DNA of 64,000 bases from a virus (taxonomy: Duplodnaviria > Caudoviricetes): positions 1-64,000 of the IMG/VR virus record IMGVR_UViG_3300028048_000079; one strand, 5' to 3'. Below the pieces are notes generated by a model. It saw nothing but the letters and a program-made list of their open reading frames with translations. It was not told where the DNA came from and made no database searches. The position numbers were made by a program, and so were the translations under genes. Below, in pieces: positions 50,455 to 58,836 of the stretch (positions within the stretch are counted from its first letter, which is position 1; every line of letters begins with the position of its first letter).

Positions 50455-52265
50455 TGCCAAAAAAGAAAACAATAGATTTCGGCTTTACGCCATCACCATA
50501 TCAAGAAAAGATTTTCGACTTCATACAGTATGGAGTTGGAAATGCTGTTATATCAGCAGCAGCTGGTGCAGCCAAAACCACTACGGCTGTTTCTGCAATG
50601 AAACTAATCCCAAAATCCAAGAAGTGCCTTTTCATTGCTTTTAATAAAAGTATTGTAGAAGAACTTAATAGAAAACTTGAAGGCTATGATAATTGCACAG
50701 TAAAAACAATTCACAGTTTAGGATATCTTATAGTTAGAAGAAATCTAGGAAGTAATATTGATATTGATGAGTACAAATACCGCACATATCTCAAAAGCAA
50801 TATTACAGAACTGACCTCTATTGATAATGGTATATTCATGACACATCAGATGATAGAGGAATATATTGAGAGTATCACTAAACTGATTGATTATTCAAGG
50901 TTTAACCTTGCACAGTCAGTTAAGGAAATAGAACAAGTGGCTATTAGATATGATATACCTGTTTCCTTTGATGAATGTGAAGTTGCGTTGAAATGTTTGA
51001 AATGGGGCAAGGAAAACTATCAGACAATAGATTATACTGATATGGTATGGCTTCCTTATGAACTATCACTTAAACCATCAGGATTACAATTTGATTGGAT
51101 ATTCTTTGATGAAGCACAGGATGCAAGCCAAATGGCAGTTGAATTATTCTTAAGATGTTTCAAAAGAGGCACAAGGTTCTTCTGCGTAGGTGATAAAAAC
51201 CAAAGTATTAATTATTTCTGCGGAAGTTCCCCAGAAGCCTTTGATTATATGTGCAATTACCCGAATACAACAATTTTTGAATTGCCGGTTTCATATAGAT
51301 GTGCTAAGAATATTACTCTATATGCTAATAATATAGTACCTGGAATGCAATATAGAGAAAATGCTCCGGATGGCTTTGTTGTTGAAAATTGTCACATTAA
51401 CGAAATAAAAGACGGTGATATGGTACTTGCACGTTCAAAAGCACCATTGCTTAAACTATATGTTAAACTTTTACGACGTGGTGTTAATTGTTATATTAAA
51501 GGCCAAGACATTGGTGCCAATCTAATAGATTTACTTGAAAAGATTGAATACGATGACCTCAATGCAGATTTAAATAAGGACGGTGTATTTGTAAGGCTTT
51601 ATGACAGAATGTTCAATGAGCGTAACAAACTTATGGAAAAACGTGGACTTGATATGAATGATGCTACATTGTCAATGAATATCATGGAAATGTATGACAC
51701 TATAAATGCATTAATTATCCTTGCAGAACAATATAAGACCAAGGATGAACTCATTGAGCATATAAGAAGAATTTTCAAAGATGATGCCAAAGGTGTATGC
51801 CTTTCAACAGTTCATAAAGCCAAAGGTCTTGAAGCAGAAAACGTCTATATACTTTGTCATTCAATGATGCCATCAAGACTTGCACATCATGATTGGGAGA
51901 AACAGCAAGAAAGAAATCTGCAATATGTTGCCTATACAAGGCCTAAAAATAAATTAGGATTTGTTTCAGAAAAGGAAATACCACCAACCGGCAGTTCAGC
52001 AGAGCCTTCTGAAATATTAACAGAATTAACTTATATCGAAAATAAAGTTTGTAGGGTTTTAGGCAAAGAACCAATGAAACCTATGAATAATGCTGAAATG
52101 GCAAAATTCAATTTGAGGAATGCAACAGAAATTGGTGATTTACATGAAAAGGATAATTGTATAGATGTTTCTAAAAATACATTTGAAGATAATGCATCAT
52201 TCGAAACAACAGATACTGCACTTCTTGATGAGCTAATGTCATTTATAACAAAAGAAAAAAGTTGA
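50454..52265 (+). CDS. UvrD/Rep-family SF1 helicase
   Basis: AAAGAAKTT Walker A variant, AFNK, TIHS, DEAQD, VGD..QSI, SYRC, STVHKAKGLE, YVA.TR. Confidence 0.9.
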   Translation: MPKKKTIDFGFTPSPYQEKIFDFIQYGVGNAVISAAAGAAKTTTAVSAMKLIPKSKKCLFIAFNKSIVEELNRKLEGYDNCTVKTIHSLGYLIVRRNLGSNIDIDEYKYRTYLKSNITELTSIDNGIFMTHQMIEEYIESITKLIDYSRFNLAQSVKEIEQVAIRYDIPVSFDECEVALKCLKWGKENYQTIDYTDMVWLPYELSLKPSGLQFDWIFFDEAQDASQMAVELFLRCFKRGTRFFCVGDKNQSINYFCGSSPEAFDYMCNYPNTTIFELPVSYRCAKNITLYANNIVPGMQYRENAPDGFVVENCHINEIKDGDMVLARSKAPLLKLYVKLLRRGVNCYIKGQDIGANLIDLLEKIEYDDLNADLNKDGVFVRLYDRMFNERNKLMEKRGLDMNDATLSMNIMEMYDTINALIILAEQYKTKDELIEHIRRIFKDDAKGVCLSTVHKAKGLEAENVYILCHSMMPSRLAHHDWEKQQERNLQYVAYTRPKNKLGFVSEKEIPPTGSSAEPSEILTELTYIENKVCRVLGKEPMKPMNNAEMAKFNLRNATEIGDLHEKDNCIDVSKNTFEDNASFETTDTALLDELMSFITKEKS

Positions 52266-52283
52266 GATTAATTTCTCAACTTT
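52257..52283. terminator. Bidirectional terminator
   Basis: AAAAGTTGAGA/TCTCAACTTTT. Confidence 0.7.
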
Positions 52284-52291
52284 TATAATGA

Positions 52292-52528
52292 TTAGGCATT
52301 TTTGCACTCAATTCCACACACTTTCCTCAACTGAGGTGTCGGTGCGTCAATATTCTCCACAAAGCTGTCCAATGCTGTATTAGTAAATGTTGCTTCTGGC
52401 ACATCAGTATATGTGGCATCCTTCAAAGTTGGAATAGTTTTGAATTCACTTTCCTTAGCAATTTCTTTGCTAACTGCATGGGGTTCTGTATGTCCCCAAT
52501 CAAATGGATTAGATTTATTGTATTTCAT
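52292..52528 (-). CDS. Small late protein
   Basis: 78 aa; last gene of a three-gene late unit. Confidence 0.6.
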   Translation of the reverse strand: MKYNKSNPFDWGHTEPHAVSKEIAKESEFKTIPTLKDATYTDVPEATFTNTALDSFVENIDAPTPQLRKVCGIECKNA

Positions 52529-52547
52529 TTTCTTTCAATTTTATATA

Positions 52548-52943
52548 TTAATAATTATGTAGATTTGCAATTTGTTCATTCAAATTCTCGAATTCTTCTT
52601 CGAAATTAATCTCGTCAAACTTCTCATCTGTATGTGCATTAATCTGTTCAACAGCGTTTGCTATGTCCTGTTTAGTTGCCAAATGGCACATACAACCTCC
52701 CGGCTCGTGGCTAATAATTTCATCTTTGGCCGTATCTATATGCTTATGCACTGAGCAGAACTTACAATCAATATTACCAAGTGAATCCTGAACAGCATCT
52801 TCAATAACCGTCTTAACTTTTTCTTCATCAATGTTAACAGTTATGTTATTGAACTTCTTATCAAGATAGCTTTCAATTACCCCGGTACGCCCTATATATG
52901 GAGTTTCATAATCATATTCATATGGTCTATATGTTCTTGGCAT
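52548..52943 (-). CDS. Small late coiled-coil protein
   Basis: 131 aa; HLATKQDI fibre-like motif. Confidence 0.65.
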   Translation of the reverse strand: MPRTYRPYEYDYETPYIGRTGVIESYLDKKFNNITVNIDEEKVKTVIEDAVQDSLGNIDCKFCSVHKHIDTAKDEIISHEPGGCMCHLATKQDIANAVEQINAHTDEKFDEINFEEEFENLNEQIANLHNY

Positions 52944-52966
52944 TTTCTTTGTTATTTAAATTTTAT

Positions 52967-53296
52967 TTACATATTTCTCACCTTGTCCCAAATGTTGTCA
53001 ATAACAGTACGGCTTGAGTCAATCTTAGTTTTAATTTCGGTTGCTCTTGTATCAACATCATTTATAACATAGTCACGTGCAGACGTGATTGCTGTTTTAA
53101 CCTCATCAATTGCACGGTTTGTTTCATTCGTAACATGACCTTGTGTTTCGGCATGCTTCTCGTCAATATGCTCTTCGATGTGTTCTCTCCACTCACGTGT
53201 TTCCTTTTTCCACTCACTCCACTTTTCTCTTGACTCTTCAGGAATTGTCATAGTGCGGCCACCATCATCATATCCGTAATCATTAAATATAATCAT
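52967..53296 (-). CDS. Small late coiled-coil protein
   Basis: 109 aa; late motif 53318-53324. Confidence 0.65.
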   Translation of the reverse strand: MIIFNDYGYDDGGRTMTIPEESREKWSEWKKETREWREHIEEHIDEKHAETQGHVTNETNRAIDEVKTAITSARDYVINDVDTRATEIKTKIDSSRTVIDNIWDKVRNM

Positions 53297-53375
53297 CTTT
53301 TTACCTTTCTGTTTGCTATAAATAGTTTGATTTTAGCAGTTGTTATACCTATTTATTAAATAAAGACATTTTTTT

Positions 53376-54569
53376 ATGGAAAACCTAAGAGAAAAAATAA
53401 AGGAGGCGTTGACCCAAGTACTTAAAGAGGGGCGTTTTGACAATACGGCAACACCATATAACTCTCATGGCGATGTTTCAAGAAGCCTTGGGCATAATCC
53501 ATTATATGCTGATAATGGTGGGCATGCAGCAAATGACACGGTTTCACAAGTGTCAACATATGATACAAACGGTCAGAACTTCAGAAGTTATGGAAATGAT
53601 ATTATCTTATCGGACAACAAATTCATAATATATAAAATAAAGAATTTCGGCAATGACCAAATAGAGTCTACTCTTAGTTTATTTGGGCGTGGTGCAGGTG
53701 CCGAAAAAGAACTTAGGCGTGCAATTGATACCATCAATGGTGCTGCCAATAGAAACGGACGTTCTGTTAAATACAGAACAATTACTTCTGTTTCATTCCA
53801 AAACACATCAAAACGTACAGGACAGATGTCAAAGACATTTTGGGAGTATAGTTTAGATAATGGGTCAAGTTGGTATATTCTTAAACCGAACCCCGTACAA
53901 TCAATGCAAGCCTCTAAACTTGTTATTAAAACAAATGAAAGCATTCAGAGATTAACTGAGGCACAAGATGAACATTTCTCATTAGAAAAATTATCATCTC
54001 TTCCGAATTTCAATCAGCGTCTTAAATATTGTAGACAGCATCTTGGAAAACATATTGGCAACGGCTCATCAAGAATAGTTTTCCAATTGGATGACCAAAA
54101 ATGCCTTAAACTTGCCAAAAATAATGCAGGCATAGCACAAAACAATTTGGAAAGTGATTATTACAAGCAATCACTTGAATGTTTTCCTAAAATATTTGAG
54201 CATGACTATGATAATGATACGTGGATTGTATGTGAATATGTATTACCGGCCAGACAAAAAGATTTCCAACATTGTTTGGGCATGAAATGGGAAAATTTCT
54301 TAACCTTTATGTCAAGATGCTATTCTGAATACAGTAGAAGGTCATCATACATTCCGAAAATGGATTATGAACAATTTCACAATCTTATTGAAAACAACGA
54401 ATGGTTTGCTGATGTATATGACTACATGAGTGGCTATCAGCCATTATTGGGCGATTTAACAAGAATTGCTAACTATGGTATGGTAAGACGTTATAATGAG
54501 GACATAATTGTTATACTTGACCACGGCCTATCAGAGGAAATATATGACGAATATTATAGAAGATATTAG
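53376..54569 (+). CDS. Candidate virion cargo with a C-terminal protein-kinase-like domain
   Basis: IGNGSSRIVF (Gly loop), LKLA (beta3 Lys), N..E, WIVCE, GDL...NYG, ILDHG; leader IKEALTQVLKEG and linker TNESIQRLTE. Confidence 0.75.
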   Translation: MENLREKIKEALTQVLKEGRFDNTATPYNSHGDVSRSLGHNPLYADNGGHAANDTVSQVSTYDTNGQNFRSYGNDIILSDNKFIIYKIKNFGNDQIESTLSLFGRGAGAEKELRRAIDTINGAANRNGRSVKYRTITSVSFQNTSKRTGQMSKTFWEYSLDNGSSWYILKPNPVQSMQASKLVIKTNESIQRLTEAQDEHFSLEKLSSLPNFNQRLKYCRQHLGKHIGNGSSRIVFQLDDQKCLKLAKNNAGIAQNNLESDYYKQSLECFPKIFEHDYDNDTWIVCEYVLPARQKDFQHCLGMKWENFLTFMSRCYSEYSRRSSYIPKMDYEQFHNLIENNEWFADVYDYMSGYQPLLGDLTRIANYGMVRRYNEDIIVILDHGLSEEIYDEYYRRY

Positions 54570-54617
54570 CAAAGAATGTTAAATTAACTTAACAGTCATT
54601 ATTTTTTCCTTAAAATA

Positions 54618-54650
54618 TTTGGTTTATAAGAAAAAAATTAGTACCTTTGC
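54618..54650 (+). promoter_or_regulatory. Bacteroidota sigma-A-type promoter
   Basis: TTTG-N20-TACCTTTG. Confidence 0.75.
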
Positions 54651-54676
54651 CAACGAATTAAAAAAATGGCATAAAA

Positions 54677-54955
54677 ATGGTTTTTCTATTTATCGTAGTT
54701 GCTTATTTCCTTATCTGTGTAGCATTGGTTTTCTATGAAAACTATGTATATGAGAATAAAATGCCAAAGGAAACACTTATGGAAATAAATGCAAAAATTG
54801 AAATTTTTAAAAATTTAATTAGTAAAGAAACTAATTTAGTCAAGCAATCCTATCTGATGGACGAAAAGGAGTACTGGGAACATGAAAGAGACAAACTTCT
54901 AAATTATCAGAAGAAAACGGGCAAAATATATGAAATATCTAGGAAGCAAAAGTAG
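54677..54955 (+). CDS. Small membrane-anchored protein
   Basis: N-terminal hydrophobic helix. Confidence 0.6.
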   Translation: MVFLFIVVAYFLICVALVFYENYVYENKMPKETLMEINAKIEIFKNLISKETNLVKQSYLMDEKEYWEHERDKLLNYQKKTGKIYEISRKQK

Positions 54956-55664
54956 GATTGTTAATGATATCCTCCCCATTATGCTTTCAGAAATGGAAGG
55001 CAAAAGTGCATTTGTTGATGCATTCTGTGGTGGGTGTTCTGTTATCGAAAACGTTCCGTCACAATATAGGCGTATAGCAAATGACAATAATAAGTACCTG
55101 ATTGCTATGTGGAAATCGTTAACAAATGATAGATGCCGGAAGCCACCTATGAGGATTGAAAGGGATTTCTATTGTGATGTAAGAGATTCTTACAATAAAC
55201 ACGATGACCGTTATAGTGATGGTATTAAAGGATGGGTAGGATTCATGGGTTCGTTTAATGGACGTTACTTTGATGGTGGATATTCCGGCCACAATGTAAC
55301 CAGCACTAACGGTAAATCAAGAGATTATATTTCAGAAAATATAAATAATACATTAAAACAAATACCAAAACTTAAAAGCGTTGAATGGCAAAGTGGAAAT
55401 TATTGGGAAATGGAAATTCCTGACAACTCATTGATTTATTGTGACATTCCTTATAAGGATACTAAACAATACTCAACATCCAAGAATTTCGATTATGAAA
55501 AATTCTATGAGTGGTGCAAGGAAATGAAAAATAATGGGCACATCATATTTGTTTCAGAATATAATATGCCGGACGACTTTAAATGCATTTGGAGCAAACA
55601 AATCACCAATGCAATGCATCAAACTAACACCAAGAAGCCAATAGAAAAACTATTTACTCTTTAG
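54930..55664 (+). CDS. DNA adenine methyltransferase (Dam/D12 class)
   Basis: KYLGSK, FVDAFCGG (motif I), IAND, IYCDIPY (DPPY variant), FVSEY. Confidence 0.88.
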   Translation: MKYLGSKSRIVNDILPIMLSEMEGKSAFVDAFCGGCSVIENVPSQYRRIANDNNKYLIAMWKSLTNDRCRKPPMRIERDFYCDVRDSYNKHDDRYSDGIKGWVGFMGSFNGRYFDGGYSGHNVTSTNGKSRDYISENINNTLKQIPKLKSVEWQSGNYWEMEIPDNSLIYCDIPYKDTKQYSTSKNFDYEKFYEWCKEMKNNGHIIFVSEYNMPDDFKCIWSKQITNAMHQTNTKKPIEKLFTL

Positions 55665-55791
55665 TTAGCGGTTCGGCAACTGCAAGTTCTGAATACAATG
55701 TATGGCCTGACTGATAAGGATAAGGTTGCGTAAAATCCTCTTCGAAACCATACTCATAATATGTTACGAAATATTCTCTTTCTCCGTTCAT
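55654..55791 (-). CDS. Small late protein (45 aa, absent from the ORF track)
   Basis: MNGEREYFVTYYEYGFEEDFTQPYPYQSGHTLYSELAVAEPLTKE; late motif 55814-55820 upstream. Confidence 0.6.
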   Translation of the reverse strand: MNGEREYFVTYYEYGFEEDFTQPYPYQSGHTLYSELAVAEPLTKE

Positions 55792-55819
55792 GACAAAAAT
55801 TATTTAACTACTTATAAAT

Positions 55820-56422
55820 ATGGATAAACTAAAAATAAGATTAAAAGCAACAGGTAAAATTGATTACTGCTATGAAAAATTGGAGCAGGATGGTTTTATT
55901 GAAAAATTTGGCCGACAAATGCCAAATTACAAGCACACTTATTTTAAAGATGAAGAAGCAAAAATACCTATGTACAGAGATGACTTTGACATCATACCAT
56001 GGGAACCGTTTGAATTATTTGGTGTTGAATGTGGGGAAGGGTGGTATGAACTCCTGAAGCCAATATTCAAATATGTTGAAGAATACAATAAAGATAAGGC
56101 AGAAGACAAACGCATGGAAATCTGCCAAATAAAGGAAAAATGGGGGTGGCTATGTGTATATCTTAATTTTTACACACCTGAAGTTAATAAAATTATCAAT
56201 ACAGCAGAAAAAGAAGCAAGCCAAACTTGTGAACTTTGCGGAAGCAAAAAAGATGTTGGTATGACATGTGAGGGTTGGATAACAACTGAATGTCATGATT
56301 GTATGAAGAAGTGGTGCCAGAAGAATGAGAAACCACACCGTTGGAAGAGAAATAGTGACGGTAAAATTTATTGGGTTCACCCAGATAAGGAAGACGAATT
56401 ATTTGAAGGAACTGAATTGTAA
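55820..56422 (+). CDS. Conserved phage protein with Zn finger
   Basis: G.ECG.GW, QIKEKWG.L..Y, TCELCG, CHDC. Confidence 0.75.
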   Translation: MDKLKIRLKATGKIDYCYEKLEQDGFIEKFGRQMPNYKHTYFKDEEAKIPMYRDDFDIIPWEPFELFGVECGEGWYELLKPIFKYVEEYNKDKAEDKRMEICQIKEKWGWLCVYLNFYTPEVNKIINTAEKEASQTCELCGSKKDVGMTCEGWITTECHDCMKKWCQKNEKPHRWKRNSDGKIYWVHPDKEDELFEGTEL

Positions 56423-56428
56423 AAAAAA

Positions 56429-56776
56429 ATGAAATTCTTATTAAGGGCAATTTGGAATTTTTTCATAGGGTATCGAAATGGGTTTGTCCCAAAAACCCTA
56501 TATGAGCATATACCCCAATATCCTGTTAAATTTTGGTGCAGTCCACTATGGATAAACATTAAGAGTAATAATGACTTTGCACTGGTATTCGTCGATGATA
56601 GAAGTGGCACTGAAATTACTTCTGAAATCTATTGGGGTATGTATAAAACATACTTAAAGGATAAGGAAAAATGGTATCAGAAACAATTTGAGGAAAATCA
56701 TACAAAGAAAGAAAAACGTTTCCTTAAAATACATTATTGGTTAAATAACATGGATAAATTACATGACTTGACCTAA
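56429..56776 (+). CDS. Hypothetical protein
   Basis: 115-aa ORF. Confidence 0.55.
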   Translation: MKFLLRAIWNFFIGYRNGFVPKTLYEHIPQYPVKFWCSPLWINIKSNNDFALVFVDDRSGTEITSEIYWGMYKTYLKDKEKWYQKQFEENHTKKEKRFLKIHYWLNNMDKLHDLT

Positions 56777-56819
56777 ATCAATTTATTGATGAGTTTGTGT
56801 AAAAAATACCATTATTTAT

Positions 56820-56852
56820 TTTGATATGATATTTATAATCAGTATATTTGCA
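56820..56852 (+). promoter_or_regulatory. Bacteroidota sigma-A-type promoter
   Basis: TTTG-N19-TATATTTG. Confidence 0.75.
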
Positions 56853-56904
56853 AACGATAAAAAAAAAATAATTAACATAAATAACAATTTAAAATTTAGA
56901 AACA

Positions 56905-57075
56905 ATGCGTAAATTAGTATTAGTTTTCACGGTGCTTGCTTCAATGGCATTTGCATCTTGCGGTAATTCAACAAAGGGTACAGAGAACGATTCAACTAAG
57001 GTTGATACTGTAGTAGTTGACTCAATTGACAGCGTAGCTGCTGATTCAGTTCCTGTTGATTCAGTTGCCGTTTAA
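56905..57075 (+). CDS. Small lipoprotein (56 aa) rich in Bacteroidota O-glycosylation sequons; absent from the ORF track
   Basis: MRKLVLVFTVLASMAFASC lipobox; mature part has DST, DTV, DSI, DSV x3. Confidence 0.85.
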   Translation: MRKLVLVFTVLASMAFASCGNSTKGTENDSTKVDTVVVDSIDSVAADSVPVDSVAV

Positions 57076-57125
57076 GCCTCACAGAAAGAAATTAGAGACT
57101 TTTGAATAAAAATTAACGAGATTTC

Positions 57126-57159
57126 TTTGGAAGTCTCGTTTTTTTGTAGTATATTTGCA
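57126..57159 (+). promoter_or_regulatory. Bacteroidota sigma-A-type promoter
   Basis: TTTG-N20-TATATTTG; places the next start at ATG 57184. Confidence 0.7.
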
Positions 57160-57183
57160 AATGATAAATATAATTTTTTTTTT

Positions 57184-57555
57184 ATGAAACAAATTTTAAT
57201 TTCAGAACTTAAAGTTGGAGATAAACTATACCGTATCAGTAATACCGACGGTAAACTTCTAACCTATACTGTCAAGAATATAGAAAATTCTTGGTATTCA
57301 CTATCTAATGAAACAGGATATATATGTGCCAACATTCACTGTATTGACACAAGTAAAAACAACCTTAATGGAGTTTTCTATACTCACCCATTTATGGCTG
57401 TATGGATGGCAGTACGTAAAATACGTGATGAACAGCATAGACTTGAACAAAAACGTAAACAGATTATTAAAGCAAATAATGTAAAGGTTAAAATAGGATA
57501 TAGTTCTTCAGATGAACACTGGTGGACTAAAATAATAAACATTTTTAAAAAGTAA
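57184..57555 (+). CDS. Hypothetical early protein (SH3-like barrel start)
   Basis: ELKVGDKLY. Confidence 0.65.
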   Translation: MKQILISELKVGDKLYRISNTDGKLLTYTVKNIENSWYSLSNETGYICANIHCIDTSKNNLNGVFYTHPFMAVWMAVRKIRDEQHRLEQKRKQIIKANNVKVKIGYSSSDEHWWTKIINIFKK

Positions 57556-57561
57556 AATATT

Positions 57562-57804
57562 ATGGGTTTATTTAAAAAGAAAAAAACAGAAGATGTAAGC
57601 GCTTGCGAATTTTCGGAAGTTATGGAAGGTGCAATGAATATTCAAGGTAAAGCCTTGGTTAATCAGACAGAACTATCAGTTGCATATCAAGCATATACAA
57701 TGTTCAGGTGGCATGACGGTTTTGGCCATGATGAATCACTTAATCAGGCTGCTATTGTTGTTATTGGTTTGGAAAAGGAAATCGAAAAACTAAAAACAGA
57801 GTAA
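57562..57804 (+). CDS. Hypothetical protein
   Basis: 80-aa ORF in operon. Confidence 0.65.
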   Translation: MGLFKKKKTEDVSACEFSEVMEGAMNIQGKALVNQTELSVAYQAYTMFRWHDGFGHDESLNQAAIVVIGLEKEIEKLKTE

Positions 57805-57805
57805 A

Positions 57806-58123
57806 ATGACAAAAAGTGATATAGTTAGTTACAATATTGGAGCAATCGAAACAATAAAGGATTTTGTGGATTTTTGGTCTCAATACTATGGTTTAGACTA
57901 TCAGTGGAAAACAGATGATGGTGAGAAAAGTCTGATGGTTTGGATTGATTTCAAGGCTCTTGAGTCCTTTACAAAACTTTTCTCGTCAGATACAATTAAC
58001 GAAAACTATCAAGATTTCGAATGTATATTGCGTGCAAAAGATATAGTTTTTCCTAATTTCGAGAATATCCTACCATATTGCGATATTGACGAAAATGATA
58101 TACAAGAATTATTTCCCTTTTGA
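57806..58123 (+). CDS. Hypothetical acidic protein
   Basis: 105-aa ORF in operon. Confidence 0.65.
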   Translation: MTKSDIVSYNIGAIETIKDFVDFWSQYYGLDYQWKTDDGEKSLMVWIDFKALESFTKLFSSDTINENYQDFECILRAKDIVFPNFENILPYCDIDENDIQELFPF

Positions 58124-58169
58124 CATTTATCAATAATATGGCTATTTTTAGCCATATTTTTTGTTTTTA

Positions 58170-58203
58170 TTTGTTTATTTCAAGAATAATTTGTACCTTT
58201 GCA
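58170..58203 (+). promoter_or_regulatory. Bacteroidota sigma-A-type promoter
   Basis: TTTG-N20-TACCTTTG. Confidence 0.7.
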
Positions 58204-58252
58204 TTGTCAAAACAGATAAGCCACCTCACAGTGGTTTTTTAAAAACTGAAAA

Positions 58253-58268
58253 TTGTGCACGTGCACAA
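58253..58268. repeat. Perfect 16-bp palindrome TTGTGCACGTGCACAA
   Basis: Exact inverted repeat in the leader of the 58401 gene. Confidence 0.8.
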
Positions 58269-58400
58269 GTTATTGATATATATCAAAAAATATATGAAAT
58301 GTGACATTTAAGAAGACTTATTTGATGAGAAAGTGTATAAAATACGTTATTTAATAATAAATGAAAAGTAAATAAAAATTTTTAAAGAAAGGGAAAAAAC

Positions 58401-58772
58401 ATGAAGAAAGTTTTATTTATCGTAATGTTTATGTGCACAGTTATTTGTGCAAATGCTGAGAATGAGGGAATGAATGCTGTTAATGAGGTGGCTCGTTATG
58501 AGCTTAGAATAGCAAACTACAACAGTTTATGTAGCACTCTTGAACTTACAAAAGACCAAATTGATAGTGTGAAAGAGATTATTAGTGAATATGAACGTAA
58601 TGTAGAATTTTCAATTCTTGGCTATACTGGTGAGACAAGAAAGACTTTACTTAAGAATAGCATAGATAAGCATATAATGTATATGTCCTATGTTCTTACT
58701 AAGGAGCAGTACAAGAAGTATCTCATGTTGTTTAACTTGACAATGCGTAATCGTGGAGTTGAGGCAAAATAA
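58401..58772 (+). CDS. Secreted/periplasmic helical protein (host-like)
   Basis: Signal peptide MKKVLF...ANA; LELTKDQ and VLTKEQYKKY repeats (Spy/CpxP-like). Confidence 0.75.
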   Translation: MKKVLFIVMFMCTVICANAENEGMNAVNEVARYELRIANYNSLCSTLELTKDQIDSVKEIISEYERNVEFSILGYTGETRKTLLKNSIDKHIMYMSYVLTKEQYKKYLMLFNLTMRNRGVEAK

Positions 58773-58802
58773 TAAGTAAAGTCACAATAGGTCGGAATGT
58801 TA

Positions 58803-58836
58803 AAAGGTGAGGATTAAACGTCCCCACCTTTGTTTT
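58803..58836. terminator. Bidirectional terminator
   Basis: AAAGGTGAGGA/TCCCCACCTTT between convergent genes. Confidence 0.65.

Noticed and set aside
55699-55755. Hammerhead-like CTGATAA...GAAAC with flanking GTATGG/CCATAC pairing
   Set aside because: Core is CUGAUAA rather than CUGAnGA, with no NUH site or stem I; the region is better explained by the minus-strand 45-aa ORF
57127-57183. Track-suggested upstream starts (also 5175, 7795, 8780, 10801, 18761, 24464, 60099)
   Set aside because: The extensions overlap promoter motifs or upstream genes; downstream ATGs fit better
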